This document shows positions 8,504 to 17,511 of a stretch of 64,000 bases of DNA, piece by piece. The translations under genes were made by a program, and so were the position numbers. The stretch covers positions 32,001 through 96,000 of the forward strand of contig BTVV01000008.1 of the NCBI GenBank assembly GCA_045863855.1, given 5' to 3'. The stretch's first letter is position 1. Each line of letters begins with the position of its first letter. Below the pieces are notes generated by a model, which worked only from the letters and a program-made list of their open reading frames with translations, did not search any database and had not been told where the DNA came from. Origin of the DNA: Planctomycetota bacterium (lineage in GTDB: Bacteria; Planctomycetota; SZUA-567; H5-PLA8).

Positions 8504-11290
8504 ATGCCCACTTCAGCCGCCGGGACATCCATAATCCGCCCTAAGACAGTTGAGGTCGACGATGCCTTCGGAGCCCTCGAGAAGGCGTTAAGCGATCTCT
8601 CGCCCGGTTCCGCACCGGGTCTTTCGGTGCTGGGGGCACTGAAAGGCACGTGGGCGGCCGTACGCAGACACTCTGTGGCGCTTAATAAGGTCGCCGGCGG
8701 AGGCGAAGCAGGCCTGTTTCTTTCCGATCACGCCGACCGGATGCTCCGCACGCTGCTCGATTTTGCCGGCGCGCGGGCGCAAATGCGCCGTGGCACGCCG
8801 GGCGTGGCTCTGCTGGCCATGGGCAGCTACGGGCGGCGGGAGATGTCGCCCTATTCGGATCTCGACGTGCTGGTCCTGTACTCCGGCTCGGCCGCTCCCG
8901 AAAGCGAGACCAAGCTCGATACGCTGCTCGGCGGCCTGATCCGTCCGTTGTGGGACGCCGGCTTTACGCTCGGCCATGCCGTGCGCACACCCGAAGAGTG
9001 CATCGCGATCATGGAAGAAGGGGTCGCCGGCGACCTGGCCCTGGAGACCGCCACGGCCTTGCTGGAGGCGCGCTTCGTCTCGGGCGATACGGTGCTCGCC
9101 AACCTCTTTTTGAAAAAAGATCTGCCCGACTTTTTCAAAGCGCGCGGGCGGCCTTTCGTCGAGGCCAAACTCGAGGAAACGTTGCAGCGCCACCGCCGTT
9201 TGGGCGCATCGATCTATCGCACGCAGCCGAACTTGAAGGAAAGCCCCGGGGCGCTGCGCGATTTCCAGCTTTCGCTATGGATCGACCGCGCCAGCCAGCT
9301 TTCGGGGCATCTGCCGCGGCTGGAGAAGCGCCCGCTGGTGAGCGAAGAGATCGTCCGCGAGGCACGCGCAGGGTACGAACGGCTTACCACCTTCCGCACC
9401 GGCCTTCACGGAGCCTGCGGGCGCAAGCAGGATGTCCTCGATTACCAGATGCAAGCCAGTCTCGCGAAGGAACTGGGTTACCCCGACACCGAAGAGTGGC
9501 GCGGCAGCGAACTGCTGCTGCGCGATTACTTCACGGCCGCCACGGCCATCCATCGCCTCGCCGATACGGTGATCCGCCGCTATCGCGAAGAACGCGCGCT
9601 GGCCGAACGTGACATCGAACAATTGCGCCGCCGGCCGCTCGACCGCAACTTCACGCGCATTGGCGACCACCTGTACATGGCCCGGCGCGACGTGTTTGCG
9701 GGGGCCGATTGGCTGGTCCCGGCGATGCAGGCATTTCACCACATGGCGCGGCTGGGCATCTCGCTGGCGCAAGAAATCCGCACCGCGATTCGCGCCCGTG
9801 TGCTCGAACTGGACGAAAAATCGCGGCGTCATCCGGAAGCCGCACGGCTGTTCGTCGAATTGCTCGGCCGGCGTGCGGGCGTGGGACGGGCGCTGCGCGG
9901 CATGCGCAACGTCGGCCTGCTGGGCGAATACCTGCCCGAATTCGGCGCCGTCCAGGGTCTGGTGATCCTCGACGTTTTTCACGACTTCACCGTCGATGAG
10001 CACACGCTCTTCGTCGTCGACTATGTCGACCGCCTGTACGCGACAGGCGATCCAGCCGACCGCTTCAAACGCGAACTCCTCGAGCGGCAGGATCGCTTGC
10101 ACGTGCTGCGGCTGGCCTGTCTCTGCCACGACCTGGGCAAATCCCGCGGCGGGCCAGGGCACAGCAAGCGCGGCGCGTTGATGATTCCGCTCATCGCCGA
10201 ACGCCTGGGCCTGCCCGAACGGGATACCCGCACGCTGATCTGGCTCGTCGATAATCACCTGCTCTTTTCGAAGACCAGCCTGCGGCGCGATACGGCCGAT
10301 CCCAAGCTGCTGGAGGAACTCACCGAGCAAATTCGCACCCGCGAACGGCTCGATTTGCTTTACCTGCTTACCTGCGCCGATATTTCGGCGGTGGGGCAGG
10401 GGAGCTTCACACATTGGAAGGACGAACTGCTCCGCGAATTGTACAAGCGCATGGAGCTGACCCTGGAGCCGCAACCGGGCGCCGCGGAGCCGGCGCCTCA
10501 TGCGCCCGGGCACTTGGAAGCCGAACTGCTGGCCGGCGCCGAGAGCGAGGGCGAACGTGAGGCGATCCGCCGGCACCTCCAGCAGGTACCCAGCCGATAT
10601 TTAGTGGAAGTCAGTCTGGACGAAGCGCGCCTGCATCTGCGCCTGGTCGGGCAATTAGTGGCGCGCAAACGCGAAGCGCTCGCCGCCGTCTTGGGCGAAG
10701 GCCCGCTCGTCGATGTCTGGGTGGTCACCACCGATAAAGCCAAGCGTTTCGCGCAGATTACCGGCGCGTTCCTCGGCATGGGTGTGAACATTGTCAGCGC
10801 CGTCGCGTACACGCGGCAGGACGGTTTGATTCTCGACCAGTTCAAAGTCAGCCTGCCGCAAGACGGCGCGGTAGTGCCCGACGAAACGTTTTGGCGCAAG
10901 GTCTGCGACGAGATCGAGCGAACGCTGGAAGGGCACACCGATATCCGCGCCAAGATCGAGACCGTCCGCCGCCGCATTCCGCGCGTGCCGCAGATCACCC
11001 GTGCCATCGAACCCGAGATCAAGTTCGACAACAAGCTCTCCGAGGAGTACACGATCCTGGACATCGTTTGCGGCGACCGCATCGGGCTGCTGTACGGTCT
11101 CTCGCGCGCCTTGTCCGACTTGGGCTGCGATATTCACTTCGCCAAGGTCGATACCAACCGGGGCTTGTGCAACGCGGTCTATTACGTGCGCGAGATGAAC
11201 GGCGGCAAGATCGAAGACGCCGAAAAGATTCACGTGATCCGGCTGCTGCTCAAAGCGGTCGCCAACGAGTTCCAAGCCGCGCAGCGGTGA
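8504..11290 (+). CDS. glnD: Bifunctional PII uridylyltransferase/uridylyl-removing enzyme
   Basis: Nucleotidyltransferase GSYGRREMSPYSDLD, PNLKESPGALRD, HD-domain HDFTVDEHT and HDLGK, two C-terminal ACT domains (DRIGLLY). Start uncertain. Confidence 0.92.
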   Translation: MPTSAAGTSIIRPKTVEVDDAFGALEKALSDLSPGSAPGLSVLGALKGTWAAVRRHSVALNKVAGGGEAGLFLSDHADRMLRTLLDFAGARAQMRRGTPGVALLAMGSYGRREMSPYSDLDVLVLYSGSAAPESETKLDTLLGGLIRPLWDAGFTLGHAVRTPEECIAIMEEGVAGDLALETATALLEARFVSGDTVLANLFLKKDLPDFFKARGRPFVEAKLEETLQRHRRLGASIYRTQPNLKESPGALRDFQLSLWIDRASQLSGHLPRLEKRPLVSEEIVREARAGYERLTTFRTGLHGACGRKQDVLDYQMQASLAKELGYPDTEEWRGSELLLRDYFTAATAIHRLADTVIRRYREERALAERDIEQLRRRPLDRNFTRIGDHLYMARRDVFAGADWLVPAMQAFHHMARLGISLAQEIRTAIRARVLELDEKSRRHPEAARLFVELLGRRAGVGRALRGMRNVGLLGEYLPEFGAVQGLVILDVFHDFTVDEHTLFVVDYVDRLYATGDPADRFKRELLERQDRLHVLRLACLCHDLGKSRGGPGHSKRGALMIPLIAERLGLPERDTRTLIWLVDNHLLFSKTSLRRDTADPKLLEELTEQIRTRERLDLLYLLTCADISAVGQGSFTHWKDELLRELYKRMELTLEPQPGAAEPAPHAPGHLEAELLAGAESEGEREAIRRHLQQVPSRYLVEVSLDEARLHLRLVGQLVARKREALAAVLGEGPLVDVWVVTTDKAKRFAQITGAFLGMGVNIVSAVAYTRQDGLILDQFKVSLPQDGAVVPDETFWRKVCDEIERTLEGHTDIRAKIETVRRRIPRVPQITRAIEPEIKFDNKLSEEYTILDIVCGDRIGLLYGLSRALSDLGCDIHFAKVDTNRGLCNAVYYVREMNGGKIEDAEKIHVIRLLLKAVANEFQAAQR

Positions 11291-11380
11291 GGGCCTCAAA
11301 CGCAAGACGTAACGAGCGGCTGGCGGCACGTATGGGCAAGCGCTCTGCCTTGGCCGTGCATACGCTATACGTCTTACGTA

Positions 11381-13219
11381 TCAAGCTTTGCTCGCACTCT
11401 GCTTGTGAACGCGGCCGACGAAGAACGGCCCGAGCGACTCCATCCATTTTCCGGTCTGCTGCGTCTTGCGCATCTCCTGCACCAGCCTCGAGAGCGGGTA
11501 CAGGTCCGGCCCGACGAGCCCCAGCACGAACTCGTTGTCGTGCGTGTCGAGTCCGTAGCAGGCCAAGCGGATGTCCTGCGCGTAGCCGCATTTCCCGTAG
11601 GTGCGGCCGATCATGGCGTGCTCGAAGAGCATCTTTCCTTGCTCGGACGCCGGCAGCAGCGCGAACTCCGATTTGCGCCGCAGCGGGTACCAGACCGCCC
11701 AGGGATATTCGGGATTCAGCGCGTTGCGGCGCGGCTTGACCAGCAGCCAGTCCAGCAGATCGGGCTCGCGTCCGGCGCTGTAGGTCCGCCCGATCATGGT
11801 CATTTCAGGCTTGTGGCGCAGCTTCAAAAACGCGTCCGAGGTGAGCGCTTCGCGGAAGGTGGTGGTGAAGAGGTCCGGATCTTCGACGATTGCCAGCACT
11901 CCCACGCCGGCGGGATCGACTACGTCGCGGTAGAGCACGTACTCGACGCCGCTCTTGTCGAGCGCTCCGACGAGCGCATCCGGATTGGCGCAGCCGGTGT
12001 AGACCTGGAGCTGCAAATACAGCCGCCGGTCGCTCGCTTGCGTGACGCCCATCACCGGAGCGCCCTTTTCTCGAATGTCGCGCGGGTCGTCGGCGTAGGT
12101 CAGATCGCGGTCGGGCTGGATGTTCCAGCGCTTTGCGACATCCTCCAGCTTCAGATTCAGCGGCCACTGGTCGCCCAGCGTGCGGCCCAGGTAGCCCGGG
12201 TTGCCGCCCTTCAGGGCCATGCAGTTGCGGTTGTCGCCCAGCGCCGTCATCTCTTCGACCGTCTTGCGCGAAAGCTCCTTCGTTTTCGGCAGCGCGCCGA
12301 GTTGTTCGGCGAGTTGCTCGACGCGCGGCGCCGACGGATCGGCTTCTTGCACCAGCGTGGGAACCACGCTCTTCACCGCCGGTTGCGCAAGGCACCAGCG
12401 GCAGGCGAGTTGGAAGAGGTTCATGTCTTCCTGCTTCGCGATCTCCTCGAAGCGTACCAGCTTCGGCTGCGCAGCTTCCACCCAGCCCGCCGGGCGAAAC
12501 GAGCGGTGGTCGTGGCGGCTGAGCTTCACGCCCGGCTTCAAGCCGCCCAGGAACAGCCCGCCGTAATCGACCACGCGCGTGATCACATCCACGTGGTACT
12601 TCTCGGCCGCCGGCAGCGCCAACCCGCCCGGCCACGGCTCCAATGGATTCAAGATCAGCATCGCCCAATCGATCAAGCTTCCGTATTGCTCGAAGCACTG
12701 AATCACGTCCAGCGTGAACCCGTTGGCCGGTCCCGGCGCCAGTCCCAGCAACTCGGTCTTGCCGCTCTCGCGAATCTTTTCGAGCGTGCGCCAGACGGTC
12801 TCGTGCGTGTAGCCGGTCTGGTCGGGATTGTGCAGGAAGAGCAGATCCAAGCGGTCGGTGCCCAACCGCTCCAGTTGCTTGTCGACGGCCATGTTCAGAT
12901 AGTCGGCGTACTCGTTCGGACCGCGCAGTTCGGGATCGGTGAAGCGCGGATACGCCTCGTCCTCGCGCTGCCCTTCGTAGAAATCGTGCCCCACTGCGCC
13001 GATCAGGCAGTACGTATCGCGCTTGAACGGCTCCAGCGCCCGGCCCAGGAGCGTATCCGCGGCGCCGCAACCGTAGGTGTCGGCCGTCATGAACGATCGG
13101 ATTCCCGCCTCGTACGAATGCCGGACAAGGTCGATGAAACGCTCCTCGCCCACATTTTCGCCGAAGCTCATGAAGCGTCCGCCGCTCCAGACCCCGAAGC
13201 ACGTCATCGTCGGTTGCAT
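11381..13219 (-). CDS. Aldo/keto reductase fused to a chlorite dismutase/coproheme decarboxylase (Cld/ChdC/HemQ)-family domain
   Basis: N-terminal ~375 aa AKR barrel (TADTYG, LERLGTDRLDLLFLHNPD). C-terminal ~235 aa with WYPLRR, EHAMIG (proximal His), LVQEMRKT and GPFFVGR, as in the Cld/HemQ family. Confidence 0.85.
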   Translation of the reverse strand: MQPTMTCFGVWSGGRFMSFGENVGEERFIDLVRHSYEAGIRSFMTADTYGCGAADTLLGRALEPFKRDTYCLIGAVGHDFYEGQREDEAYPRFTDPELRGPNEYADYLNMAVDKQLERLGTDRLDLLFLHNPDQTGYTHETVWRTLEKIRESGKTELLGLAPGPANGFTLDVIQCFEQYGSLIDWAMLILNPLEPWPGGLALPAAEKYHVDVITRVVDYGGLFLGGLKPGVKLSRHDHRSFRPAGWVEAAQPKLVRFEEIAKQEDMNLFQLACRWCLAQPAVKSVVPTLVQEADPSAPRVEQLAEQLGALPKTKELSRKTVEEMTALGDNRNCMALKGGNPGYLGRTLGDQWPLNLKLEDVAKRWNIQPDRDLTYADDPRDIREKGAPVMGVTQASDRRLYLQLQVYTGCANPDALVGALDKSGVEYVLYRDVVDPAGVGVLAIVEDPDLFTTTFREALTSDAFLKLRHKPEMTMIGRTYSAGREPDLLDWLLVKPRRNALNPEYPWAVWYPLRRKSEFALLPASEQGKMLFEHAMIGRTYGKCGYAQDIRLACYGLDTHDNEFVLGLVGPDLYPLSRLVQEMRKTQQTGKWMESLGPFFVGRVHKQSASKA

Positions 13220-13290
13220 GGCCCGCCCTTCCTTCTCATTCCAACCAAGGACTTGTATTTCACCGGTTACTGTTCACTGTTTACTTGCCG

Positions 13291-13596
13291 TTAATGCGGT
13301 CTGCCGCCCATCGCCTGCGGAGTGTACACGGGGTGTTTCGGCGGACCTGCGAGGATATCGCGCCCAAAGTTCTGCGCCGACTTGAACGCGTCCGAGGCCA
13401 TGAAGGTGCGGAAATCTTCCGGCTTGTCCCAATTGCTGTAGATCATCAGGCTGTTGGGCTTCTGGACGTCCCGGTAAAGCCGGGTTTCGAGGTGTCCCTG
13501 CATCCCTTGCATCGCGGCCAGCACCTTCAGGGCGTAGTCCTCGAAGGTCTTCAGGTGCTCGGGCTTCACGTCGTAATTGAGGCCAAACGTAACCAT
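13291..13596 (-). CDS. Antibiotic biosynthesis monooxygenase (ABM) family protein
   Basis: 101 aa with ABM pattern YDVKPEHLKTFE...GHLETRLYRD...YSNW...F..FMASDAF; strong RBS (GAAAGGA). Confidence 0.85.
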   Translation of the reverse strand: MVTFGLNYDVKPEHLKTFEDYALKVLAAMQGMQGHLETRLYRDVQKPNSLMIYSNWDKPEDFRTFMASDAFKSAQNFGRDILAGPPKHPVYTPQAMGGRPH

Positions 13597-13736
13597 GGGT
13601 AGAGTCCTTTCTCAGTCCAGGAAAATTAAGACAAGCACGGGAAGCGTTGTACCCCACGCTCGCGGGCGAGTCAAAAGAGGATGAGCGGGTCTGTATACAG
13701 CCCTTGGCGCGGCGAGACCGATTTCGAAACGTGCGC

Positions 13737-14582
13737 TTACTCGCCCTTGCGTTTGGTCCGCGGCAGGCGGGTTTTGGTGGGTGCGCGAGGTTTCTTGACC
13801 GGCTTGGATTCGTTCTCGGTTTCCTCTTTTGCCGCTTCGGCCGCCGCTTCTTCGGCGGCATGGGCGTCGCGCGCCGCCTGAAGGTCTTCGGCGCTGAAGA
13901 ACGCGAGCAGGTCATCCGGAACCGGACCCGGTCCGAAGTTCGGCTTGAATTCCACCTCCAGCGCCGCGGCAAGCTCCTTGGCCTCCTCGTGAATCTCCAG
14001 CAACGCCGTCTCGTACGGCTTCAGTCGCGCCGCTTCCTCGGTGGGTATCTGCGCATACCCCTCGCGCCGCGCGAACGTCACCCCGCCGTAAGGCCGCGGT
14101 AAGACGACGCACGCATCGAGGTGCCACAGCCGCGGATCGCGCTTATCTTTCCATGATGCGCAGAGCACGTGCTCGGCTTTGCAGTGCACTTCGCGTTTGA
14201 ACGGAATCCACAAAAACGTGCGCCCCGTGACGATCCGCTCGCTTTCGATGCGCATCCGGCGGCGGTCGCTGATCGTCCCGATGCCTTTAAGAATCACGAC
14301 GGCGCCCGCCAGGCCCAGGACACCCGCGATGAGGTAACGCGGCGTCTCGGTCATCGCCTCCGAGCGGTACAGGAGATAGCCCGCCACCGCCAGCACCGCT
14401 CCCGCGAACGCGATGATGAAGGATACTTCGAACGGCTTGCGGTCCGTCCAGCCCTCCACGCAGCCGTTGCGTGATTCGGTCACCCGGTAAAGCGGAGGGT
14501 CTTGGGGCTCGTAACGCGGAGCCTTTTTCAAGCTCGCGACGTTTCCGCCCACCTTGACTTCGTAGGTCATTCGGCCGGCCAT
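13737..14582 (-). CDS. Hypothetical membrane protein (two TM helices)
   Basis: Two hydrophobic segments and a charged C-terminal tail; AAGGA RBS before the ATG at 14582. Confidence 0.7.
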   Translation of the reverse strand: MAGRMTYEVKVGGNVASLKKAPRYEPQDPPLYRVTESRNGCVEGWTDRKPFEVSFIIAFAGAVLAVAGYLLYRSEAMTETPRYLIAGVLGLAGAVVILKGIGTISDRRRMRIESERIVTGRTFLWIPFKREVHCKAEHVLCASWKDKRDPRLWHLDACVVLPRPYGGVTFARREGYAQIPTEEAARLKPYETALLEIHEEAKELAAALEVEFKPNFGPGPVPDDLLAFFSAEDLQAARDAHAAEEAAAEAAKEETENESKPVKKPRAPTKTRLPRTKRKGE

Positions 14583-14722
14583 GAGCGTATCCTTGTATAG
14601 CTGCGTGGAACATGTTCTAGAGTTCAAGCTCCTATGTAATACCAGCCTAGTTGCCACCGTCCAGCCCTGGAGTCGGGCGCTCGCAACTGGAATCTGGAAG
14701 CGCACGCGGCACAATCGGGTCG

Positions 14723-15760
14723 ATGAAGCACGTCCTCGTCACCGGCGCCAACGGCCACGTTGGCTACAACCTCGTTCAACTGCTCCGTGAGAAGGGTTAC
14801 CGGGTCCGAGCGGGCGTACGCGATCCGCGCGACGACTCGAAAGCCGGGCGCCTTCGCGACTTGGGCGCCGAACCCGTGGCCGCCGATCTGCTCGATCCGG
14901 CTTCGCTTCGCGCGGCCATGGACGGTGTGGACGGGCTTTTTCAGGTCGCCGCGGTGTACCAGACTTATGCGCGCGACCCTGAAGCCGAGATCGTTCGCCC
15001 TACCGTCGAAGGTTCGCGCAACGCTTTGCGCGCCGCACGGGAGGCCGGCGTTAAGAAGATCGTTTACACCAGTTCCATCGCCGCCGTCGGAAGCGATGCG
15101 CCCTTCGATAAGCCGCTCACCGAGAACGATTGGAACGACGCCGCGCCCAGCCCCTACTTTCGAGCGAAGGTCCAGTCCGAACGCGAAGCTTGGGCCTTTG
15201 CGCAAGCCCACGGGCTGGATCTGGTCACCATCAACCCCGGCGCCATCATCGGCCCAGGCTTCTGGCGCCATACGCCCAGCACGCTTTCGTTCGAACTGCT
15301 GCTGCGCCGCAAGCTCCCGCTCGTCCTGCCGTTGGGTTTCTGTTTCGTGGATGTCCGCGACGTGGCCGCCGCGCACCTGCTGGCGTACGAACGCGACGAC
15401 GCCCGCGGGCGGTACCTGGCCGTGGACGCATTCGTTACGATGCGGGAACTGATGGAGGTTGTGCGCGAACTGTACCCCGATCTGAAGCCGCCGCGGACCG
15501 TCGTACCGCGAGCGCTGCTGCCCGCGGTCGCGGCGCTCGACTGCCTGGGGCATACCTTTGCCGGGATGCCGCGCCAAGTCACGATGTCGATGGTTCGCGA
15601 ATTGGGCGGTAAGTACCAGCGCGCCAGCAGCGCCAAACTCCGCAGTGAACTGGGCTGGCAGCCGATCGACTTCAAGCAAAGCCTGCGTGACACCATGGAA
15701 TGGGTACGGGGGCAGTTTATAGATCTGACAGATACGAGAAAGGAACCGGCGCTTGGCTAG
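14723..15760 (+). CDS. NAD-dependent epimerase/dehydratase (dihydroflavonol-reductase-like extended SDR)
   Basis: VTGANGHVG Rossmann motif, YTSSIAAV, YFRAK catalytic YxxxK, FVDVRDVAAAH. Confidence 0.9.
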   Translation: MKHVLVTGANGHVGYNLVQLLREKGYRVRAGVRDPRDDSKAGRLRDLGAEPVAADLLDPASLRAAMDGVDGLFQVAAVYQTYARDPEAEIVRPTVEGSRNALRAAREAGVKKIVYTSSIAAVGSDAPFDKPLTENDWNDAAPSPYFRAKVQSEREAWAFAQAHGLDLVTINPGAIIGPGFWRHTPSTLSFELLLRRKLPLVLPLGFCFVDVRDVAAAHLLAYERDDARGRYLAVDAFVTMRELMEVVRELYPDLKPPRTVVPRALLPAVAALDCLGHTFAGMPRQVTMSMVRELGGKYQRASSAKLRSELGWQPIDFKQSLRDTMEWVRGQFIDLTDTRKEPALG

Positions 15761-16451
15761 TACGTGCAACATCCTCTTCATCGGCAACAGCTACACGTTT
15801 CAGAACGATCTGCCCCGCACGCTCACCCGGCTCGTGGCCGACGACGGCGGCGATCTGCAGCTCCGCACCGAGTTCGTCGGCGCGGGCGGCTGGACCTTCG
15901 AGCAGCATTGGGAACAATCGACCACGCGCCGCGCCGCCGTCGAGCGCGGCGGATGGGATTACGTGGTGCTTCAGGAGCAGACGCGGCGTCCGTACGAGGA
16001 CACGCCCAAGTTCAAAAGCTACGCCACGCGTTTCGACGCCCTGATTCGCTCCGTCGGAGCGAAAACCGTGCTCTACCTCACGTGGGCGCCTGGCAACGAA
16101 CTCGATAAACAGGAGCCGCTCAACGCAGCCTACGGCAGCTTGGGGCATGAGCTGCATGCGCCGGTGATTCCCGCCGGTCCGGCCTTTGCAGCCACGCGCG
16201 CCGCGAATCATCCCGTGCGGTTGTACGGCGGCGACGGGCGGCATCCGTCCCAAGCGGGCACGTACCTCGCCGCCTGCGTGTTTTATGCCTGGCTGCGCGA
16301 ACGCAGCCCCGAAGGGCGTGCGTGGCAAGTATTCGACGAAGCCGACGCATTTCAGTCCTTCGATGCCGGCGGCGCGCAACGGCTCCAGCGCACCGCATGG
16401 GAAACGTGGCAAGCATGGAAGGCGGAGCGCGGCGGCAGGCATAAAAAATAA
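15753..16451 (+). CDS. SGNH/GDSL hydrolase family protein
   Basis: LFIGNSYT block I, WDYVVLQEQ, DGRHPS block V; TTG start overlapping the upstream gene, with AAGGA RBS. Confidence 0.85.
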   Translation: MASTCNILFIGNSYTFQNDLPRTLTRLVADDGGDLQLRTEFVGAGGWTFEQHWEQSTTRRAAVERGGWDYVVLQEQTRRPYEDTPKFKSYATRFDALIRSVGAKTVLYLTWAPGNELDKQEPLNAAYGSLGHELHAPVIPAGPAFAATRAANHPVRLYGGDGRHPSQAGTYLAACVFYAWLRERSPEGRAWQVFDEADAFQSFDAGGAQRLQRTAWETWQAWKAERGGRHKK

Positions 16452-16452
16452 A

Positions 16453-16477
16453 CGCTCTCCCGTGGGCAGGGAGAGCG
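16453..16477 (-). terminator. Intrinsic terminator hairpin
   Basis: CGCTCTCCC/GGGAGAGCG stem preceded by an A-run (U-tract on the minus strand), between convergent genes. Confidence 0.6.
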
Positions 16478-16635
16478 GAAGTTGGGCGGGCCGGGACCGT
16501 TCACAGCCGGCGTCGCAACCCCCTGCATCGCGCGCCATAGGGCGCGCCATGCCGAGCACGCTGCAGGGTTCCTTCGCCGCGCCTGATGGAAGCTCGCCTT
16601 TCCTCGCTCTTCTGTGCGCACCATCGCCCGGAAGT

Positions 16636-17295
16636 TTACTTTCCGTCGGAAGATAATTCCGGAGCCAGCGCGCGCACGGCTTCCTTAATCGCCTCGCCCG
16701 CCCGCACCGCCGCGGGGAGGGGGAACTCCAGCGCCGGATCGGCCTGCGGCGTGGCCACCGCGGCCGCCGGGAGCGCCGCGCTCATCGAAGCTTCGCGTGG
16801 CGGCTCGCCCACCGTCGGCGGTTCGGAAACGGGCGCCTCCGCTACGCGGGAACGCTCTTCTTGCTTCAGGCGCTCCGCTTTGCCCTGCACGCGAGCGGCG
16901 AAGCGATCCCAGGAAAAGTCATCCAAAAGATCGGCGAATTCAGCGCCGTGTTTGCGTGCCATGAGCCGTATATACCACGGCGGCGGCTCGCGAAATTCGT
17001 GGTACAGCGCCAGCCAGTAGATGAACTTTTGGAGGTTCTCGGTCTTACCGCTCAGGACCCCCGGCGCGCGCTCCAGCAGCTTATCGTCGAGGAAGCGCTT
17101 GAAGTTCCCGCTGGGGTTGTCGCGCTGCCACGTTTCGAACCATTTGAGGTTGGCGGCGCAAAACGCGCTCCAGCGCGCGTCGTCCAAGTCGTGACGCATC
17201 ATCCCGTAGGCGATTCCGGGCACGTCGTATTCGCCGCCCGCGCCTACGCTGGCCGTCAACGCCCAACACAGCATCCCAGCGACGCACGATCGCAT
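16636..17295 (-). CDS. Hypothetical secreted protein
   Basis: Signal-peptide-like N-terminus (MRSCVAGMLCWALTASVGAGGE), helical core, Pro/Ala-rich tail. Confidence 0.6.
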   Translation of the reverse strand: MRSCVAGMLCWALTASVGAGGEYDVPGIAYGMMRHDLDDARWSAFCAANLKWFETWQRDNPSGNFKRFLDDKLLERAPGVLSGKTENLQKFIYWLALYHEFREPPPWYIRLMARKHGAEFADLLDDFSWDRFAARVQGKAERLKQEERSRVAEAPVSEPPTVGEPPREASMSAALPAAAVATPQADPALEFPLPAAVRAGEAIKEAVRALAPELSSDGK

Positions 17296-17511
17296 GATCC
17301 CACCGTCCTCTCGATTTCGGGAGGAGTTCCCAGCGTGCATTACCTATACGAAATAAAGCACAATAACGTTCGCGGGCGCAAGGTATTTCACCTCTTTTCC
17401 GAAACGAAACGGATCGAAATTGGGATTCGAGTCCTCATGCCCGTCCCGTAGCTTGCAGCGTTCACGGCAAGCGGTAGCTTTATCGGCTCACTCGCCACAG
17501 GAGCCCTGCCC

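Noticed and set aside
11405..13294. 629-aa plus-strand ORF antisense to the AKR-Cld fusion
   Set aside because: Shadow ORF expected from high-GC codon bias; no recognisable motifs, and the minus strand carries the clear gene.
17420..17437. GGGATTCGAGTCCTC resembling a tRNA T-arm
   Set aside because: No acceptor, D or anticodon arms can be built around it.
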